This document shows positions 19,225 through 28,692 of a DNA stretch of 38,749 bases, piece after piece. The notes below the pieces were generated by a model. The model did not search any database and was not told where the DNA came from. It worked only from the letters and a program-made list of their open reading frames with translations. Both the position numbers and the translations under genes were made by a program. The DNA comes from Acidobacteriota bacterium (GTDB taxonomy: Bacteria; Acidobacteriota; Vicinamibacteria; Fen-336): assembly GCA_031369785.1 (NCBI GenBank), contig JANMPI010000236.1:1-38749 (forward strand), given 5' to 3'. Position 1 is the first letter of the stretch; the number at the start of each line of letters is the position of its first letter.

Positions 19225-20657
19225 ACCGCGACCTCGTCGCGCTCACCGTGCGGGAGCACGACGTCCTCGTCATCGGCGGCGGCGTCAGCGGGGCGGCCAT
19301 CGCCTGGGACGCCGCGCTGCGCGGGCTGCGCGTCGCCCTCGTGGAGGCGGCGGATTTCGGCTCCGGCACGAGCTGGAACAGCCTGAAGACCATCCACGGC
19401 GGCCTGCGGCACCTCCAGCGCGCGAACCTCGCCGCCGTGCGCGCGTCGGCTCGCGAACGGAAGGCGCTGCTGCGCATCGCACCCGCCCTGGTCCGTCCCC
19501 TCCCGTTCCTCGTCCCGACCGACGGGCACGGCCTCCGCAGCCGCGCGGCGCTCGCGATCGCGATGAAGGCGAGCGACGCACTCACCGCGGATCGCAATCA
19601 CGGGCTCGACGCCGCGCACGCGATTCCGAGCGGCCGCATCCTCTCGCCGGAAGACGTGGCCGCGCGCGTGCCGGGGCTCTCACCGCGCGGGATCAGCGGC
19701 GGCGCGCTGTGGCACGACGCGCAGGTGGAGAGCAGCGAGCGTCTCGTCCTCGCCTTCGTCCACTCGGCGGCCGCCGAAGGCGCAACCGTCGCGAACTACG
19801 TCGCCGTCTCCGCGCTCGAGCGCGACGCCGCTGGCCGCGTGACGGGCGCTTCCTGCCGGGACTCGCTGGGCGCGTCCAACCTTTCCGTCCGCGCGCGCGT
19901 GACCATCAATGCCGCCGGCCCCGGGATCGACGGCATCCTCGCCGCGTCGGGCATCAACGCCGTCCGCGTCCCGCTCCTGCGCGCGTTCAATCTCGTGCTG
20001 CGCCGGCCGATCGTCGACGGCGTCGCGGTCGGCGGGCGCGCCGAGGGCCGCTACCTGTTTCTCGTCCCCTGGCGCGGCCGGACGATCGTGGGCACGGGAT
20101 ATGAGCCGCCTTCGGCCCCGGCGGGCGGAGCGCGTGGGTTCCTCGCCGTGGCGGCGCGTGCCTTCCCGTGGGCCGCGCTCGCCGCCGAAGACGTCGCGCT
20201 GGTGCACGAGGGGCTCGTCCCCGGCTCCGCTGGCGGCCTGTGGAGCGGCCATCGGGTGCGCGATCACGCGCGCGACGGCGCTCCGGGCCTCCTCTCGGCG
20301 CTGGGCGTGAAGTACACCGGCGGCCGCGCGCTGGCGGAAGCGGCGGTCGACCGGGCACTCTGCGTGCTGGCGCGGCCGAAGATCGCCTCGCGCACCGATC
20401 ACGTGGCGCTCCACCGTGCCGCCCCGCCCGTGGGTTCGCTCCCCAACGCGGCGCGCACGGCCGTGCGCGAGGAGATGGCCGTGCACCTGACCGACGCCGT
20501 CCTCCGCCGGCTCGACCTCGGGACCGCCGGCCCGCCCGCGGAGAGCGACGTCGCGATCGTGGTCGACGTGATGGCCGCGGCGCATGGCTGGGACGAGGCG
20601 CGGCAACGCGAAGAACGCGCGGGACTCGAGGCCTTCTACGCCTCGCGAGGGCTCTGA
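19221..20657 (+). CDS. FAD-dependent glycerol-3-phosphate dehydrogenase/oxidase family protein (GlpD-like)
   Basis: TTG start in a TTGA overlap with the PilZ stop. DVLVIGGGVSGA.IAWDAALRGL..ALVE..DFGSGTS.NSLKTIHGGLRHL, INAAGP, GVKYT and EMAVHLTDAVLRR. Confidence 0.85.
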   Translation: MNRDLVALTVREHDVLVIGGGVSGAAIAWDAALRGLRVALVEAADFGSGTSWNSLKTIHGGLRHLQRANLAAVRASARERKALLRIAPALVRPLPFLVPTDGHGLRSRAALAIAMKASDALTADRNHGLDAAHAIPSGRILSPEDVAARVPGLSPRGISGGALWHDAQVESSERLVLAFVHSAAAEGATVANYVAVSALERDAAGRVTGASCRDSLGASNLSVRARVTINAAGPGIDGILAASGINAVRVPLLRAFNLVLRRPIVDGVAVGGRAEGRYLFLVPWRGRTIVGTGYEPPSAPAGGARGFLAVAARAFPWAALAAEDVALVHEGLVPGSAGGLWSGHRVRDHARDGAPGLLSALGVKYTGGRALAEAAVDRALCVLARPKIASRTDHVALHRAAPPVGSLPNAARTAVREEMAVHLTDAVLRRLDLGTAGPPAESDVAIVVDVMAAAHGWDEARQREERAGLEAFYASRGL

Positions 20658-20674
20658 CGGGCCACAATCACCCG

Positions 20675-21367
20675 ATGCGACTGTTCCTGCTCAGCAACTC
20701 GACGAACTTCGGCGAGGGTTATCTCGACCACGCCATGGACGATATTCGCGCTTTCCTCGGCCCGATCCAGCGCCTCGCCTTCGTGCCCTTCGCGCTGGCC
20801 GATCACGCCGCCTACACCGCGAAGGTGCAGGACCGCTTCGGCCGCGAAGGGATCGAGGTCACGGCGCTGGCCGCGACGAGGAACGCGGCGTCGCTGCGTT
20901 CCGTGGACGCCGTCTTCGTGGGCGGCGGCAACACCTTCCGCCTACTCCGCACGCTGCAGAAGGCGCGCTACGTCGACGACCTCCGCGCGCGCGTGGCCGC
21001 GGGGATGCCGTACCTGGGCGCGAGCGCGGGTACGAACATCGCCGCGCCCACCATCCGCACCACCAACGACATGCCGATCGTCGAGCCGGTGACCTTCGAC
21101 GCGCTCGGCCTCGTCCCCTTCCAGATCAACCCCCATTTCCTCGATGTGACGGCCGGCTCCCGTCACATGGGGGAGACGCGCGAAGACCGCCTGCGGGAGT
21201 ACCTGGAGGAGAACGAGGCGCCGGTCGTGGGCTTGCGCGAAGGCGCCTGGCTGCGGCGCGAGGGCGGGTCGCTGCGGCTCGAAGGGCGGAACGGCGCGCG
21301 GCTCTTCCGGCGCGGAGCCGACCCCGAGGAGGTAGCACCCGGCCGCGCGCTCGACGCCCTGCTCTAG
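20675..21367 (+). CDS. pepE: Dipeptidase E (peptidase S51)
   Basis: MRLFLLSNST, VFVGGGNTF, YLGASAG (nucleophile Ser), FQINPH and HMGETREDR. Confidence 0.93.
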   Translation: MRLFLLSNSTNFGEGYLDHAMDDIRAFLGPIQRLAFVPFALADHAAYTAKVQDRFGREGIEVTALAATRNAASLRSVDAVFVGGGNTFRLLRTLQKARYVDDLRARVAAGMPYLGASAGTNIAAPTIRTTNDMPIVEPVTFDALGLVPFQINPHFLDVTAGSRHMGETREDRLREYLEENEAPVVGLREGAWLRREGGSLRLEGRNGARLFRRGADPEEVAPGRALDALL

Positions 21368-21373
21368 GAAGCC

Positions 21374-23236
21374 CTACTCCCGGACGTAGTTGTGCTGGTA
21401 CGACCAGCGCACCTTGACCCGGACGCCGCCTTTCACCGCCGGCTCGTAGCGCCAGTTACGCACCGCGTTCACCACCGCGCGATCGAGGAGGTCGCCGGCG
21501 GACTGGACCACCCGCAGGTCGGTCGGCTCTCCGCGCTCGTTCACGATCATCTCGAGCTTGACCGTGCCCAGCAGGTTCACGCGCCGCGCCTCGTCCGGGT
21601 AGGGCGGGGAGCTCCCCGAGATCTTCTTCGGCGGAGAGACCGTGGCGTCGAAGGGCACCAGCGCGCCCTCGTAGGGAATCCACTGCGGGGACGGAGACGG
21701 CAGCAGGGGTAGCGGGTGCGAAGCCGACGCGCGGGCGAGCCGCGCCTTCACCTCGACCGTGTCGCCCGCCGCCCCCTCCACGCGCTGGACGAAGGATGCG
21801 AACCCCTTCTTGTCGACGCGCACCTCGTGCCGGCCCGGCGGGACGATGGCGGCCGGCAAGGGCGCGACGCCGATCGTCTTTCCGTCGACGCGCACCGTGG
21901 CGCCGGACGGCTGCGACGTCACGGAGAGACGAACGGTCACCGGCTCGAGCACGAACCGTAGCGGCGGGGGCGCCGTTCCGGCGGTGATGTCGAGGCTCAG
22001 CTCTGCGGGCGCGTAGCCGGCGACGGCGACGCGGACGGTGTGGCGGCCGCCCGCCACCGGCAGCAGGACGGGCGCGGCGCCGACGTCGGTGTCGTCCACC
22101 CACACCCGTGCGCCTGGCGGCTCCGCCTCGACGCGGAAGGTCGCGTAGCCGAGATGAACGCCGGTCGGTGGCGGGGCGGGAGGAGCGGGCGGTGCGGCAC
22201 GGAAGTAATGCGATCCGGCGCCGGCGGCGGCGAGGACCAATGCGATCGCCCCCAGCCACATCCACGCCGGACGGCGCGCGGGTGACCGGCCGCGGAGGTC
22301 GGCCGTTTCCTCGCCCGGCGACAGGGGCGGGATCGGCGTCGCCAGCCCAACCGGCGGCGGCGCAGGCGCACCCGCGACCGTGGGCGGGGCGGGCGGAACT
22401 TCGGTGAGCGCGTCGAGCTCGGACTCGATGTCCTTCACCTGCAGGGCGGCGACGAGGGCCGCGGCATCGGGATACCGGTCCGCCGGCGCCTTGCTGAGCG
22501 CGCGCTTGAAGATGACGTCGTAGCTCGCGGGCAGGTCGAAGTCCCACTGCCGCGGCGGCGGCGGGTCCTCGTTGACCACGCGATACATGACGGCGGTGAT
22601 GCTGTCGCCTTCGAAAGGCCGCCGGCCGGTGATCACTTCGTAGGCCAGCACCGCGAACGAGAAGAGGTCGGCCCGGCTGGTCACCTCTCCGCCCGCGACC
22701 TGCTCGGGGGCCATGTAGGAAGGCGATCCGAAGAAGTGGCCGGACTGCGTGGCCACCGACGACTCCAGCCGCGCCACGCCGAAGTCCATCAGCTTCGGGC
22801 GCGCGTCCTCGAGGACCATGATGTTCGCGGGCTTGATGTCGCGATGGATGATCGACGAGCGGTGCGCGTAGTCGAGCGCGTCCGCGAGCGGGGTGAGGAG
22901 GCCGAGCGCCTCGTCGAGGGGAAGGGCGCCGCGGGCGGCGATCACCGCCTGCAATGTCGTCCCCTCGAGGTACTCCATGACGAAGTACGTCTCGCCCACG
23001 TCGTAGATGCTCACGATGTTGGGATGGGACAGCCGGCCGGCCGCCTGCGCCTCGCGGCGGAACCGCCGCAGGTAGTCCTCCGCCGTCTCCCGGGTGAGGT
23101 ACTCCTGCTTCACCGTCTTCACCGCCACCAGCCGCTTCATCAGCGGGTCGGCGCACCGGTAGACGCGCCCCATGGCGCCGTCGCCGATCTCGCGCTCGAC
23201 GACGTAGCGGCCGAACCTGCGCGGCGCCTTACTCAT
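21374..23236 (-). CDS. Hanks-type Ser/Thr protein kinase with TM helix, two PEGA domains and a TonB C-terminal domain
   Basis: IGDGAMGRVY, VAVK, HRDIKPAN, DFG, YMAPE; then a TM helix; PEGA repeats (EPPGARVWVD, SQPSGATVRVDG); and TonB_C (PPYPDEARR..GTVKLEMIVNERG..AVRNWRYEPA). Confidence 0.92.
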   Translation of the reverse strand: MSKAPRRFGRYVVEREIGDGAMGRVYRCADPLMKRLVAVKTVKQEYLTRETAEDYLRRFRREAQAAGRLSHPNIVSIYDVGETYFVMEYLEGTTLQAVIAARGALPLDEALGLLTPLADALDYAHRSSIIHRDIKPANIMVLEDARPKLMDFGVARLESSVATQSGHFFGSPSYMAPEQVAGGEVTSRADLFSFAVLAYEVITGRRPFEGDSITAVMYRVVNEDPPPPRQWDFDLPASYDVIFKRALSKAPADRYPDAAALVAALQVKDIESELDALTEVPPAPPTVAGAPAPPPVGLATPIPPLSPGEETADLRGRSPARRPAWMWLGAIALVLAAAGAGSHYFRAAPPAPPAPPPTGVHLGYATFRVEAEPPGARVWVDDTDVGAAPVLLPVAGGRHTVRVAVAGYAPAELSLDITAGTAPPPLRFVLEPVTVRLSVTSQPSGATVRVDGKTIGVAPLPAAIVPPGRHEVRVDKKGFASFVQRVEGAAGDTVEVKARLARASASHPLPLLPSPSPQWIPYEGALVPFDATVSPPKKISGSSPPYPDEARRVNLLGTVKLEMIVNERGEPTDLRVVQSAGDLLDRAVVNAVRNWRYEPAVKGGVRVKVRWSYQHNYVRE

Positions 23237-24008
23237 GGCGCACGGCGGACGCGATCAACATGTATCCCGATCCCGTGGGAAGGAGCGCGTCGAGCCGCGA
23301 GATCGACCATACGAGAGGATAGACGATCGAGTACGCCCGGAAGAGGCGGCGGTGCTTTGCGAGGTCGGCGCCGGTCACCACCAGTCCCTTGGACGCCGAT
23401 TTCTTGCCCAGCCGCTCGACGCCCCACTGGATCCCGGTGTCGACGAGCTCGGAGAAGAAGCGCGAGTACGGATGCCACGCCGAGAGGGTGAACGCGGGCG
23501 CCAGCAGGGCGCGCAGCCCTTCCGGATCGTAGCCGGGGCGGAGGTGGCCGTGCTTCAAGTCGGTCTGGCCGATGGCGTGGCGCAGGCGGCGGAGCGGCGT
23601 TTCGCGCCGGAACGGGGTGTTCACGACCAGCGTCCCGCCCGGCCGCGTCACGCGCGCGACCTCGGCCATGAAGGCGCGGTCATCGGGCACGTGCTCCAGC
23701 ATGTCCACCACCGCCACGCGATCGAACTCCGCGTCCGCGAAGGGAAGGCGATCGCCGCTCACGAGATGGACGTCGGTCGCGACCAGCTCACGGATGGACG
23801 CGACGGCTTCCGGCGCCAGGTCCGCCGAGGCCCACCGCCCGCCACGCTGCCGCAGCAGCAGCGACACGACACCGTTGTCGGACCCGAGGTCGAGGCAGCG
23901 CAGGCCCTCGGTGGGGCCGAGCATGGCGGCGATCTCGGCGAGCTTGCGCTGCTTCAGCACCGAGCGGCGGAAGAGGGCCAGCGGCCAGGGCTCGGGCTCA
24001 GGCGTCAA
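23229..24008 (-). CDS. Class I SAM-dependent methyltransferase
   Basis: CLDLGSDNG, LPFADAEFD, MLEHVPDD, RVTRPGG. TTG start overlaps the upstream gene. Confidence 0.85.
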   Translation of the reverse strand: MTPEPEPWPLALFRRSVLKQRKLAEIAAMLGPTEGLRCLDLGSDNGVVSLLLRQRGGRWASADLAPEAVASIRELVATDVHLVSGDRLPFADAEFDRVAVVDMLEHVPDDRAFMAEVARVTRPGGTLVVNTPFRRETPLRRLRHAIGQTDLKHGHLRPGYDPEGLRALLAPAFTLSAWHPYSRFFSELVDTGIQWGVERLGKKSASKGLVVTGADLAKHRRLFRAYSIVYPLVWSISRLDALLPTGSGYMLIASAVRHE

Positions 24009-24723
24009 TGCGGAACGCCTCCGCGATGACCGGAGAGCCGATTCGCGACGTCAGCCCCATCGCCCCGGCGACTCGCTCGATGCCCCGGGATAGCGACACG
24101 GCGCCGAGCGCGCGATGAACCGTCATCGGTACCGCGAACTGCCGCCGCCTTTCGCGCACCATGAAGCCGCGGGCGCGGAACGCGGAGCTCACCTCGGCGT
24201 CCGCGAACACCGCGAACGGCCGGGTGTCCCCTTCGAGCTGCTTCTTCAGGCCGAAGAGCGGCCCCGCGACGGCGTTCACGCTGCGCTTCGACGGATAGTC
24301 GACGATCACCGCGCCGGCGGCGACGCGGCACAGCTCGGCGATGAGGTCGCGCCATCGCTCGACGTGGGGAAGGAGCCGGAAGGCAAGGGCCACGTCGAAC
24401 GAACGCGCGTCGAACGGAAGGCGCAAAGGGTCGGCGGTCGACCACCGAACCCGCCCGGCATCGACGAGCGCTTGCACGCGACCGCGGCAGGCATCGGTGC
24501 TGCCGACCACCGTCACGGCGTGACCCGCGTCGGCGAGCGGCCCCGCGAGCTGGCCGTGGCCGCCGCCCACGTCCACGATGCGCAAGGGACGCGACGTGCG
24601 CCGATTCACCTGGAGCAGGCCGAGGGTCGCCTGGGCCTGGACGTCGAGGAACCATCCGCCGACGGAGCCGGAGAAGCGGCGGGCGTACGCCTCCGACGAC
24701 GTCTCGACGTCGGCGTCCTCCAT
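23998..24723 (-). CDS. Class I SAM-dependent methyltransferase
   Basis: IVDVGGGHG, LPFDARSFD, LLPHV and ELCRVA. Confidence 0.85.
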   Translation of the reverse strand: MEDADVETSSEAYARRFSGSVGGWFLDVQAQATLGLLQVNRRTSRPLRIVDVGGGHGQLAGPLADAGHAVTVVGSTDACRGRVQALVDAGRVRWSTADPLRLPFDARSFDVALAFRLLPHVERWRDLIAELCRVAAGAVIVDYPSKRSVNAVAGPLFGLKKQLEGDTRPFAVFADAEVSSAFRARGFMVRERRRQFAVPMTVHRALGAVSLSRGIERVAGAMGLTSRIGSPVIAEAFRIDA

Positions 24724-24730
24724 CCCGCGG

Positions 24731-25210
24731 TCAGCCGCCCTGGCTGAGCAGGGTGACGAATCCGCCCACGAGGTCGCTGTCGGTCAGGATGCCGACGATC
24801 CTGCCGTCGCGGAGCACGGGGAGGGCGCCGAACTTGGTGGTGTGGAGCGTCTGCGCCGCCTCGAGAAGGGGCGTGTCCTCGGTGGTGGTGATGGGGTTCG
24901 GGATCATGATCCGCGAGATAGGGGTCCCCTCCATGACGCGGACGAACTCCTCCTCGGAGTCGGAGAGCGCCGACGGCTGCGCGCGCTTCAGGTCGCCTTC
25001 CGCGAGCAGGCCCACGAGGGTGTCCGCCACCACCACCGGCAATCGGCGGATGCCGCGCTTGCGCATCACCTCTCCCGCCTGCATCAAGGTGTCCTCGGGG
25101 CCGAGGGTGACGAGGTCCTTCGTCATCACGTCGGCAACGGTGAGCTGGCGCGTCCACGACGGCACGCCCCGGGGCAGCGTCGTCCCGCACTCGGGGCAGC
25201 GATTCTCCAT
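24731..25210 (-). CDS. CBS-pair protein (AcuB-like) with an N-terminal CPECG knuckle
   Basis: GGAGG RBS before ATG 25210. VADVMT, IRRLPVV, GALPV and VGILTDSD. Confidence 0.85.
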   Translation of the reverse strand: MENRCPECGTTLPRGVPSWTRQLTVADVMTKDLVTLGPEDTLMQAGEVMRKRGIRRLPVVVADTLVGLLAEGDLKRAQPSALSDSEEEFVRVMEGTPISRIMIPNPITTTEDTPLLEAAQTLHTTKFGALPVLRDGRIVGILTDSDLVGGFVTLLSQGG

Positions 25211-25280
25211 GTAGTCAACCTCCAACCTGCGACGGGGACTAATCGTACAATGTCCGCCACGCCCGCCACGAGGAGGCCGT

Positions 25281-26438
25281 TTGGACTTCAGCCTGAGCGA
25301 GGAGCAGCAACTCCTCAAGAAGACCGTCCGCGACTTCGCCGAGTCCGAGCTAGCGCCCCACTCGCGCGAGTGGGACGAGAAGCAGGAGTTCCCGCGCGAC
25401 GTGTTCACGAAGCTCGGCGAGCTCGGCTTGATGGGGGCGGTCTGGCCCACCGAGTATGGCGGCGCGGGCCTCACGACGCTCGACTACGCGATCGCCATGG
25501 AAGAGCTGTCGCGGGTGGACGCCGGCGTGGCGCTCTCCATTGCCGCGCACAACAGCCTCTGCTCGGGGCATATCTACCTCGCCGGCAGCGAGGAACAGAA
25601 GAAGAAGTACCTCGTTCCCCTCGCCAAGGGGGAGAAGATCGGCTGCTGGGGGCTCACCGAGAACAGCGCGGGGTCGGACGCCGGCGGCACCAAGACGGCG
25701 GCGATCCGCGACGGCGATTCCTGGGTGCTGAATGGCTCCAAGACCTTCATCACCAACGGCCGCATCGCCGACACGGCGGTGATCATGGCCGTCACCGACC
25801 GCGCGAAGGGGAAGAAGGGAATCTCCGCCTTCGTCGTGGAGCGCGGGACCAAAGGGTTCCGGCCCGGGAAGAAGGAAGACAAGCTCGGCGTCCGCTCGTC
25901 GGACACGTCCGAGCTCGTCTTCGAGGATTGCCGCATCCCCGCCGCCAACCTGCTCGGCAAGGAAGGCAACGGCTTCATCGACACGCTCCGCATTCTCGAC
26001 CGCGGCCGCATCGGCATCGCCGCCTGGTCGGTGGGGATCGCGCAGGGCAGCCTCGAGGCGGCGCTCAAGTACGCCGCCGGCCGCCGGCAGTTCGGCCACG
26101 CGATCGCGGAGTTCCAGGGCATCCAGTTCAAGCTCGCGGACATGGCGACCGAGGTGGAGGCGGCCCGCCTGCTGACCTGGCGGGCGGCGGCGATGCGCGA
26201 CGCCGGGCAGGAGCACACCGTCCCCTCGTCGATGGCGAAGCTGTTTGCCACCGAGATGGCGGTGCAGGTGGCGCTGGAGGCAGTCCAGATCCACGGCGGC
26301 TACGGCTTCATCAAGGAATATCCCGTCGAGCGGTTCCTGCGCGACAGCAAGCTCGGCACCATCGGCGAGGGCACGAGCGAAGTGCAGCGCCTCGTGATCG
26401 CGCGCGAGCTCCTGTCGCTGCGCGGGGTGGTGAGATAG
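25281..26438 (+). CDS. Acyl-CoA dehydrogenase (short/branched-chain type)
   Basis: TTG start with [44 protein letters not shown] and [10 protein letters not shown]. Confidence 0.95.
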   Translation: MDFSLSEEQQLLKKTVRDFAESELAPHSREWDEKQEFPRDVFTKLGELGLMGAVWPTEYGGAGLTTLDYAIAMEELSRVDAGVALSIAAHNSLCSGHIYLAGSEEQKKKYLVPLAKGEKIGCWGLTENSAGSDAGGTKTAAIRDGDSWVLNGSKTFITNGRIADTAVIMAVTDRAKGKKGISAFVVERGTKGFRPGKKEDKLGVRSSDTSELVFEDCRIPAANLLGKEGNGFIDTLRILDRGRIGIAAWSVGIAQGSLEAALKYAAGRRQFGHAIAEFQGIQFKLADMATEVEAARLLTWRAAAMRDAGQEHTVPSSMAKLFATEMAVQVALEAVQIHGGYGFIKEYPVERFLRDSKLGTIGEGTSEVQRLVIARELLSLRGVVR

Positions 26439-27817
26439 CCGTCCCGGCCCCGCCCAGGGACGCGACGGCGGCCCTCGCCGCGGGCGTGCGGCAAGGGGAC
26501 GTCCGCTCCATCGCCCGCGCGATCAGCCTGGTCGAGGACGCGCGGCCGGAGGCGGCGGCGCTGCTGGCGCTTCTCTTCCCGCACGCCGGCACGTCCGTCG
26601 TCCTCGGCGTCACCGGCCCCCCCGGATCCGGCAAGTCGACGCTGGTCGACCGGATGACCGCGCACCTGCGCAAGGGCGGCCGGACGGTGGGCGTCATCGC
26701 CGTCGACCCGACGTCGCCCTATACCGGCGGCGCGATCCTGGGCGACCGGATCCGGATGCAGGGGCACGCCCTCGACGACGGCGTTTTCATTCGGTCGATG
26801 GCCACGCGCGGTCACCTCGGAGGCCTGGCCGCCGCGACCTCCCACGTGCTCACCATACTCTCCGCGTCGGGCAAGGACGTGATCATCGTGGAGACGGTGG
26901 GCGTGGGGCAGGACGAGGTCGACATCGTCGGGGCCGCCGACGTCAGCATCGTCGTGCTCGTGCCCGGCCTCGGCGACGAGGTGCAGGCCCTGAAGGCCGG
27001 GATCATGGAGATCGCCGACATCTTCGTCGTGAACAAGGCCGACCGCGACGGCGTCGAGCGCGTGGTCGCGGAGATCGAGTCGATGCTGTCCCTGGCCGCG
27101 CCCGACGCGGCCCGGCCGCCGATCCTGAAGACGGTTGCGACCGCCGACCAGGGCATCGGCGAGCTGCTGGCCGCGGCGGAAGAATTCCGCACCCGTGCCG
27201 GTGCGAGCGGGCTCCTCGCGCGCAAGCAGCGCGCGCACCTGCGGCAGCAGTTCGAGGAGACGCTGCGCGGGCGGCTGCTCTCCGAGGTGCGCGCGCGGGG
27301 TCTCACCGACGCGCAGACGGAGACCGTCGTCGATCGCCTGGCCGCGCACACCGTCGATCCGTTCACCGCCGCGGACGAGGTCCTGCGGCGCGTGGGATTG
27401 CTCGGGGCGGGCGGCGCCTACTCGAGGATCGACCACCTGGGGATCGCCGTGGCGAGCATCGAGGATGGTGTCCGCGCCTACGAAGCGCTCGGGTTCCACG
27501 TCGACGCCACGCACGACGTGCCCACGGAGAAGGTGCGGACCGCGTTCCTGCCCGTGGGAGAATCGCACCTCGAGCTGCTGGAGCCGACGGAGCCCGGTTC
27601 CGTGATCGCCCGCTTCCTCGAGAAGCGCAGCGGATTGCACCACGTGTGCGTCGCCGTGCCCGACATCCAGGAAGCGCTCGATGCGCTGGCCGCGCGCGGG
27701 GTCGAGCTCCTGGATACGAAGCCCCGGGTGGGCGCGGGCGGGCGCAAGGTGGCGTTCGTCCATCCCCGGTCGGCGGCGGGCGTACTGCTGGAGCTAGTGG
27801 AAAGGAAGAGCGAGTGA
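26435..27817 (+). CDS. meaB: MeaB (mutase-associated GTPase) fused to methylmalonyl-CoA epimerase
   Basis: MeaB motifs [34 protein letters not shown] and NKAD. The same frame continues into a VOC-fold epimerase ([35 protein letters not shown]). The start is probably ATA overlapping the upstream TAG, but this is uncertain. Confidence 0.88.
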   Translation: MAVPAPPRDATAALAAGVRQGDVRSIARAISLVEDARPEAAALLALLFPHAGTSVVLGVTGPPGSGKSTLVDRMTAHLRKGGRTVGVIAVDPTSPYTGGAILGDRIRMQGHALDDGVFIRSMATRGHLGGLAAATSHVLTILSASGKDVIIVETVGVGQDEVDIVGAADVSIVVLVPGLGDEVQALKAGIMEIADIFVVNKADRDGVERVVAEIESMLSLAAPDAARPPILKTVATADQGIGELLAAAEEFRTRAGASGLLARKQRAHLRQQFEETLRGRLLSEVRARGLTDAQTETVVDRLAAHTVDPFTAADEVLRRVGLLGAGGAYSRIDHLGIAVASIEDGVRAYEALGFHVDATHDVPTEKVRTAFLPVGESHLELLEPTEPGSVIARFLEKRSGLHHVCVAVPDIQEALDALAARGVELLDTKPRVGAGGRKVAFVHPRSAAGVLLELVERKSE

Positions 27818-28692
27818 GCGCGTCGGCGGAGATCGGGATCATCGGAGGCAGCGGCCTCTACGAGATGGAAGGCTTCACGGACGTGACGGAGGTCGGGGTG
27901 GAAACGCCCTTCGGGCCGCCGTCGGACCGCCTGATGGTGGGCCGGCTCGAAGGCCGCCGCGTCGCGTTCCTGCCCCGGCATGGCCGCGGTCACCGCATCC
28001 TGCCCAGCGAGCTCAACTTCCAGGCCAACCTCTACGCGATGAAGACGCTCGGGGTGGAGAGGATCCTCTCCGTCTCCGCGGTCGGGTCGCTGAAGGAGAA
28101 GTACGCTCCGTTGCACATGGTCGTGCCCGACCAGTTCGTCGACCGCACCAAGCGCGCGGCGACGTTCTTCGGCCGCGGGCTCGTCGCCCACGTCGCGTTT
28201 GCCCATCCTTTCTGCGCGGACCTGCGCGGCGTGATGGACGAGGCCTGCACGGCCGCCGGGGCCACCCACCATCGCGGCGGGACCTACGTCTGCATCGAGG
28301 GCCCGCAGTTCTCGACCCGCGCCGAGTCCGAGCTCTACCGCTCGTGGGGGATGGACGTCATCGGCATGACCAACCTCCCGGAGGCCCGCCTGGCCCGCGA
28401 GGCGGAGATCTGCTACGTCACCCTCGCGATGGTCACCGACTACGACTGCTGGCACCCCGACCACGAGTCGGTCACCGCCGACCAGATCATCCAGAACCTG
28501 GTGAAAAACGCCGTGACCGCCCAGGCGGTGCTGCGCTCCGCGCTCCAGCGCGTGCCCCGCGAGCCCCGGCGCTGTGAGTGCGCGACCGCGCTCCGCTCGT
28601 CGCTGGTGACCGCGCCCGAGCTGGTGCCGGCGCAGCTGAAGCGCGACCTCGCGCCCATCATCGGGCGCTACATGCCCGCGGAGGGCAGATGA
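27814..28692 (+). CDS. mtnP: S-methyl-5'-thioadenosine phosphorylase
   Basis: GTGA overlap start. IGIIGGSGLY, ETPFGPPS, PRHG, EGPQFSTRAES, IGMT and VTDYDCW. Confidence 0.93.
   Translation: MSASAEIGIIGGSGLYEMEGFTDVTEVGVETPFGPPSDRLMVGRLEGRRVAFLPRHGRGHRILPSELNFQANLYAMKTLGVERILSVSAVGSLKEKYAPLHMVVPDQFVDRTKRAATFFGRGLVAHVAFAHPFCADLRGVMDEACTAAGATHHRGGTYVCIEGPQFSTRAESELYRSWGMDVIGMTNLPEARLAREAEICYVTLAMVTDYDCWHPDHESVTADQIIQNLVKNAVTAQAVLRSALQRVPREPRRCECATALRSSLVTAPELVPAQLKRDLAPIIGRYMPAEGR

Noticed and set aside
24578-26434. Apparent 1079-aa giant fusion ORF (24578..27817)
   Set aside because: The upstream part is an Arg/Gly-rich off-frame read through the CBS and acyl-CoA dehydrogenase genes. The real protein begins near 26435.
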